Assembly (NCBI GenBank): GCA_044892525.1
Contig: CM097885.1
Location: forward strand, 17,672,001-17,736,000
Direction of reading: 5' to 3'
Source: Schmidtea polychroa
Lineage: Eukaryota
DNA length: 64,000 nt
This document shows positions 59,967 to 64,000 of this stretch, piece after piece. Position 1 is the first letter of the stretch, and each line of letters starts with the position of its first letter. Position numbers and translations under genes: made by a program. The notes below the pieces were generated by a model. It had not been told where the DNA came from. It ran no database searches and saw only the letters and a program-made list of their open reading frames with translations.

Positions 59967-60731
59967 ATGGAGCTTCACAACCCTCCGGAAGATAATTTAA
60001 AAAAAATGGTAAACATAATGTCAGATAAATATTCAAGAACTTTATCTATAAATTCAAAAGAATCAGAGTTTACTATAAACTTTCAAGATTCAATTAAATT
60101 AGATCAAAATTTAAATTATGAATTGGGGCTATTATGGTTTTGTGCTTATAATACTATTTTTAATATAACTAAAGATAATAATAAATTTACTATTCAAACT
60201 CGTGATGGGCATAAACCAGAAATTATAACAATAGAACCTGGGGCATATGAGATAAAAGATTTAAATGATATACTTTCTAAAAAAACAAATGAAGGTATTA
60301 AAATTAAAATGGATATACCAACTTCAAAATGTGTAATGACTTTGAAGAATATAAAAATTAGTTTTTTAGATAATTGTTTCTTTCACACAGTTTTAGGATT
60401 TAAACCTATGGATATAACAATAAAAGAAGATAAAATAATAACATCAGAACATATTATTAAAATAATAAATACAAACACAATAAATATTCATTGCGATTGT
60501 ATAACAGGTTCTTATAATAATGGTAAACAAACAAATGTTTTATATTCCTTTCCCTCAAACACAGTTCCTATGGGATATAAAATAGTTGAAAGAATGAATC
60601 CTCCAAATTATTTACCTTTATGTAGAAAATATATAATGGATATTAATTTTAAAATTCTTAATCAAGAAGGAGAATTGATTGATTTTAATGGAGAAGAGAT
60701 TTCAATGTATTTACATTTGAAACAGGTTTGA
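59967..60731 (+). CDS. Polinton E minor capsid protein (penton)
   Basis: Intact 254 aa with IEPGAYEI and INIHCDCITGSY motifs. Confidence 0.88.
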   Translation: MELHNPPEDNLKKMVNIMSDKYSRTLSINSKESEFTINFQDSIKLDQNLNYELGLLWFCAYNTIFNITKDNNKFTIQTRDGHKPEIITIEPGAYEIKDLNDILSKKTNEGIKIKMDIPTSKCVMTLKNIKISFLDNCFFHTVLGFKPMDITIKEDKIITSEHIIKIINTNTINIHCDCITGSYNNGKQTNVLYSFPSNTVPMGYKIVERMNPPNYLPLCRKYIMDINFKILNQEGELIDFNGEEISMYLHLKQV

Positions 60732-60755
60732 AGATTCATTTTAAATTATTAATAA

Positions 60756-61766
60756 ATGAGTTCTTATATTCCTTGTAATAGAGGTGGTGGAACAATAAAA
60801 ACAGGGTTTAATACAGAAGAAATATTAACTTTAACAGAAAATAAATATATTAATGAAAGAGGTGATTCAATGAAAGGAGATTTAAATTTAAATGGACACA
60901 AGATAAAAGATTTATCTTTACCAACTGATGAAGCTGATGCAGTTAATAAAAAATATGTTGATGGTGTTAAAAATTATACTGATTTAACAACAACAAGAAT
61001 TGAAAGTTCATTAACAACAAAAATTGATTCAATGGAATCAAAGCTTAATAATATCGAACAACGATTTAATGATAAATTTGACAAGTTACAGAGTCTGTTA
61101 ACTGAACAAGTTGTAAAGTTAAATACTGCTATATTAAATTCTAAAGATAAACAAATTATGAATACTAAATTTAATACAATATATAAAATAATAAATGAGA
61201 TGATTACATCATTTAATAAAAGAATTTCAAATTTAGAGTCTCATGGAACACACATTAACACCACACATAGTATTAGAAAAAGAGCTGCTGAATTAGAACA
61301 GAATAAAACATTATTACCCCATACATATAAACATTTTATAGAACCAAGTTTAATAACAACAAACAGTAAAGAATGGGGTGTTTTTATGGTTGTAAAAATT
61401 ATTGATCCTTATTTCTTTTTGTTTGATGATGATAATGAAAGAATGAAATGGTTTGTGAAATGTGATTATAATAGTAAGCTTGAAAAGGGTGATGTTATAA
61501 TGACTAGTTATGATTTACCACACGGAGATTGGTATGTTAATACTCATTCACATGGACTACATAAAGTTAAAAGTAAGAATATTCATTTTTCTAGTTCACT
61601 TGTACAATATATAGATTTAATATTTTATGAAAAAAAGGTTGATGTTGATGAAGTTCGTAAAGCATTGAGAGAATTGTATAAAGATATCCTCTCAACAAGA
61701 GTTTCTTTTGATATCCGAGTATTGGTGCCAGATGGTGCTCAGAAGAATAAAGTCTTATTTTTTTAA
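60756..61766 (+). CDS. Putative fibre/spike-like protein
   Basis: Orthologue of 30904-31908. Confidence 0.6.
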   Translation: MSSYIPCNRGGGTIKTGFNTEEILTLTENKYINERGDSMKGDLNLNGHKIKDLSLPTDEADAVNKKYVDGVKNYTDLTTTRIESSLTTKIDSMESKLNNIEQRFNDKFDKLQSLLTEQVVKLNTAILNSKDKQIMNTKFNTIYKIINEMITSFNKRISNLESHGTHINTTHSIRKRAAELEQNKTLLPHTYKHFIEPSLITTNSKEWGVFMVVKIIDPYFFLFDDDNERMKWFVKCDYNSKLEKGDVIMTSYDLPHGDWYVNTHSHGLHKVKSKNIHFSSSLVQYIDLIFYEKKVDVDEVRKALRELYKDILSTRVSFDIRVLVPDGAQKNKVLFF

Positions 61767-61774
61767 TTATTAAA

Positions 61775-62386
61775 ATGGAAGAAGTAAGAGAAGAAAAAAT
61801 TTACCCAGAATTGAGATCATCAGGATATTATTCCGAAGGTCACAAAGGTTCTAAGGCCTCGGCTCCCACAGAACTTGAAATTATGAGAGTAAAAGAATTT
61901 AAATCAGAAACCTTACATTTACAAGATTTATTAAAGCATTATAAAAAAATTAAAAATAGATGGAATAAAGGGAATACAGTTTTAAAAGTTATAGGTTATT
62001 CTTTAGGATTTGCATCTGCAATATTAACAGTTATTTTACCCATAACTTTACCAGTTGTTACTCTTGCACCTGTAATACTTGGAAGTATTTCTGTGGCTGA
62101 TGGTTTCTTAACTGAAATAGTTTCATTATCTTATACTTCTAAAAAGAAAAGTTTATATAGAGAAGTTTGTTTATCAATAGAATTAGGAATCTCTAAATTA
62201 TTTTTATTTCAATTAAAAGCTTTGGAAGATGGAATCCTGACAGACGAAGAAATAATGAAATCAAATCAAATAATACAAGATATAAAGAATGAGGTTATAA
62301 GATTAAAAAGGGAGGGCATGGTGGCTAATGTTATAAGTAATAAAAAAACATCTCGAGAAAAATGGTTAAAGAATTCTTACTTATAA
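61775..62386 (+). CDS. Polinton putative membrane protein
   Basis: Orthologue of 30275-30895. Confidence 0.7.
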   Translation: MEEVREEKIYPELRSSGYYSEGHKGSKASAPTELEIMRVKEFKSETLHLQDLLKHYKKIKNRWNKGNTVLKVIGYSLGFASAILTVILPITLPVVTLAPVILGSISVADGFLTEIVSLSYTSKKKSLYREVCLSIELGISKLFLFQLKALEDGILTDEEIMKSNQIIQDIKNEVIRLKREGMVANVISNKKTSREKWLKNSYL

Positions 62387-62480
62387 AATGGGTGTATTTT
62401 TAAAAAAGTAGATCAGGTTGCTATAGTTGCTTAAATTAATTGTCGACATTTTATTATTAAAAAATTAAATATCGTTGGTT

Positions 62481-63035
62481 TCAGTTATGGTTGAAAGCCA
62501 ACCTATGAATCATTAATTTATGATCTTTAAATTCTTTATCACTTAGACCTTTTATATATTCAGGATCAGTATTAAAATATTTAAGTTCTAAACATATAGG
62601 ATTAAAAACTTGAGAATATAAAGGTTTCTCGATTTCTCTCTCGGGATAAATAATTTCAACATTATAAATATCAAGATCAGTAATCTTTGTATCATATAAC
62701 TTATTCAACTTTTCTAGATTTTTTATTATAGGGATTAAATTATTTCCAATAGGTAGAGTTGTCTTTAAATCACTTAGTATGAATCTCTTATCATCATAAT
62801 TTGATAATGATACTTTTTGAGATTCTATCAAGTGAATATCATGGTTTTCACTTTTAAGTTGATGTATTTCATCAATTTTATCTTTATGATTTGGGTTTAA
62901 TGTATCTATATAATCTTGATGAGAAAGATTCTTTGCAACCACTCTCTGTATTCCTTTACATCTGTTATCCTTTAAATTAGTAATATTTTTTATAATTTCA
63001 AAAATGTTATTTTCTTGATTTTTAGTTTCCATCAT
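62481..63035 (-). CDS. Stand-alone duplicate of the pPolB C-terminus (B-type allele)
   Basis: From KDNRCKGIQR onward almost identical to the end of the B pPolB, preceded by a novel ATG-initiated ~21-aa leader. Confidence 0.8.
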   Translation of the reverse strand: MMETKNQENNIFEIIKNITNLKDNRCKGIQRVVAKNLSHQDYIDTLNPNHKDKIDEIHQLKSENHDIHLIESQKVSLSNYDDKRFILSDLKTTLPIGNNLIPIIKNLEKLNKLYDTKITDLDIYNVEIIYPEREIEKPLYSQVFNPICLELKYFNTDPEYIKGLSDKEFKDHKLMIHRLAFNHN

Positions 63036-63059
63036 TTTATAGTATTAAAATTCTAATTC

Positions 63060-64000
63060 TTAGACCAGTCGTAATTGATTTATAATTATTTCTGCAGTAA
63101 TGCTTTTTAACATTAATTTATGTGATTTAAAGTCTTCTGGTGTTAGTCCTTGGATATATTCAGGATCAGTATTAAAATATTTAAGTTCTATAGGTTTTAT
63201 ATTTTGAACTTGATTATATAAAGGTTTAGGAATTAATATTTCAGGATATTGGATTTCTACTTTAGCAAGTTGAAGGTCTGTAATCTCTAGGTTATAAATT
63301 TCATTTATTTTATCAAGATTTTTTATTATAGGGATTAAATCATTTCCAATAGGTAATGTTGTCTTCAAGTCAGAAAGTATAAATCTTTTATCATCATAAT
63401 TTGTTATAGCAATCTTGTTACACTCTTCAAGATATATATTATGTTTCTCTGATTTAAGATGATGGGTTTTAGCAATTTTATTTTTATAATTTATATTTAA
63501 TGAATCTTTATACTCTTGATGTGTGAAGGTTTTTGACACTGATTTTTGAATTCCTTTACTTTTATTTTCTTTATAGCTTTTCGGGTTTTCAGGGAATGAA
63601 GGATATTCAAATGTTCGATCTACTTCAACAGATCCTTCTATTATAAATTTTATTGTATGCTCTTTCATAATTGGTTTGTCTTTCATTTCAAGAGAATATT
63701 GTTTAGGTCTAATAAACACTCCTCCAGTTATTGGAGTATTTGGTTTTTCATCTTTAAAAGTAAACAACTCTCCAGAATTGTTTATTAATTTATTTAAGGT
63801 TGGATCTTCACGTATTTCTTTTTTTAAATCTTTGCTATATCCTTTTAAAAACATACTATCAGTGTCCATTGCATGCATGGATATTCGATCTCCAAAATGT
63901 GGTACTAGAACATCATAGTAGGCTTCATACATTTGAAGCTTTGAAAGTTCTAAAATTGAAAACCCTATAAAGATTGGTTTATTATAAGTTTTTACAGAGT
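63060..64000 (-). CDS. pPolB of E, 3' part (runs out of the window)
   Basis: YNKPIFIGFSILELSK, MDTDS, FKDEKP, SKGI and YDDKR motifs. Confidence 0.95.
   Translation of the reverse strand, partial: SVKTYNKPIFIGFSILELSKLQMYEAYYDVLVPHFGDRISMHAMDTDSMFLKGYSKDLKKEIREDPTLNKLINNSGELFTFKDEKPNTPITGGVFIRPKQYSLEMKDKPIMKEHTIKFIIEGSVEVDRTFEYPSFPENPKSYKENKSKGIQKSVSKTFTHQEYKDSLNINYKNKIAKTHHLKSEKHNIYLEECNKIAITNYDDKRFILSDLKTTLPIGNDLIPIIKNLDKINEIYNLEITDLQLAKVEIQYPEILIPKPLYNQVQNIKPIELKYFNTDPEYIQGLTPEDFKSHKLMLKSITAEIIINQLRLV

Larger units (their letters stand above)
52633..64000. mobile_element. Polinton/Maverick element E (close relative of B, inverted, right part outside the window)
   Basis: Same gene order as B. 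Begins with an AGT-bounded hairpin cassette. Confidence 0.93.

Overview
AT-rich eukaryotic (probably invertebrate animal) DNA made almost entirely of nested mobile elements; no intact host gene is seen. A decayed Polinton/Maverick (element A, 1007-41836, ~0.9 kb TIRs) encodes a TBP-like protein, packaging ATPase, integrase-chromodomain, penton, MCP/protease remnants and pPolB. It has been invaded by: (i) a 4.65 kb gag-only BEL/Pao-type LTR element whose LTRs carry a proteasome alpha-6 coding segment and whose Gag is fused to ubiquitin, (ii) a Penelope fragment, (iii) a Tigger/pogo derivative, (iv) a 6 kb non-autonomous Polinton-type element C (TSD TACCAT) and (v) a full-length 14.15 kb second Polinton B (TSD GATGTG) sitting inside A's pPolB. 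After a zone of relics (42-52 kb), a third Polinton E, a close relative of B, starts at 52633 and runs off the window. Highlights are the ubiquitin-Gag/proteasome-LTR element, the Polinton TBP, self-complementary and apparently exchangeable terminal cassettes on B and E, a cluster of Pol III tRNA-like small RNA units in B and E, a PLA2-integrase fusion, and a pPolB 3'-end replacement in E. All calls come from reading the sequence by eye; no database search or alignment was run.
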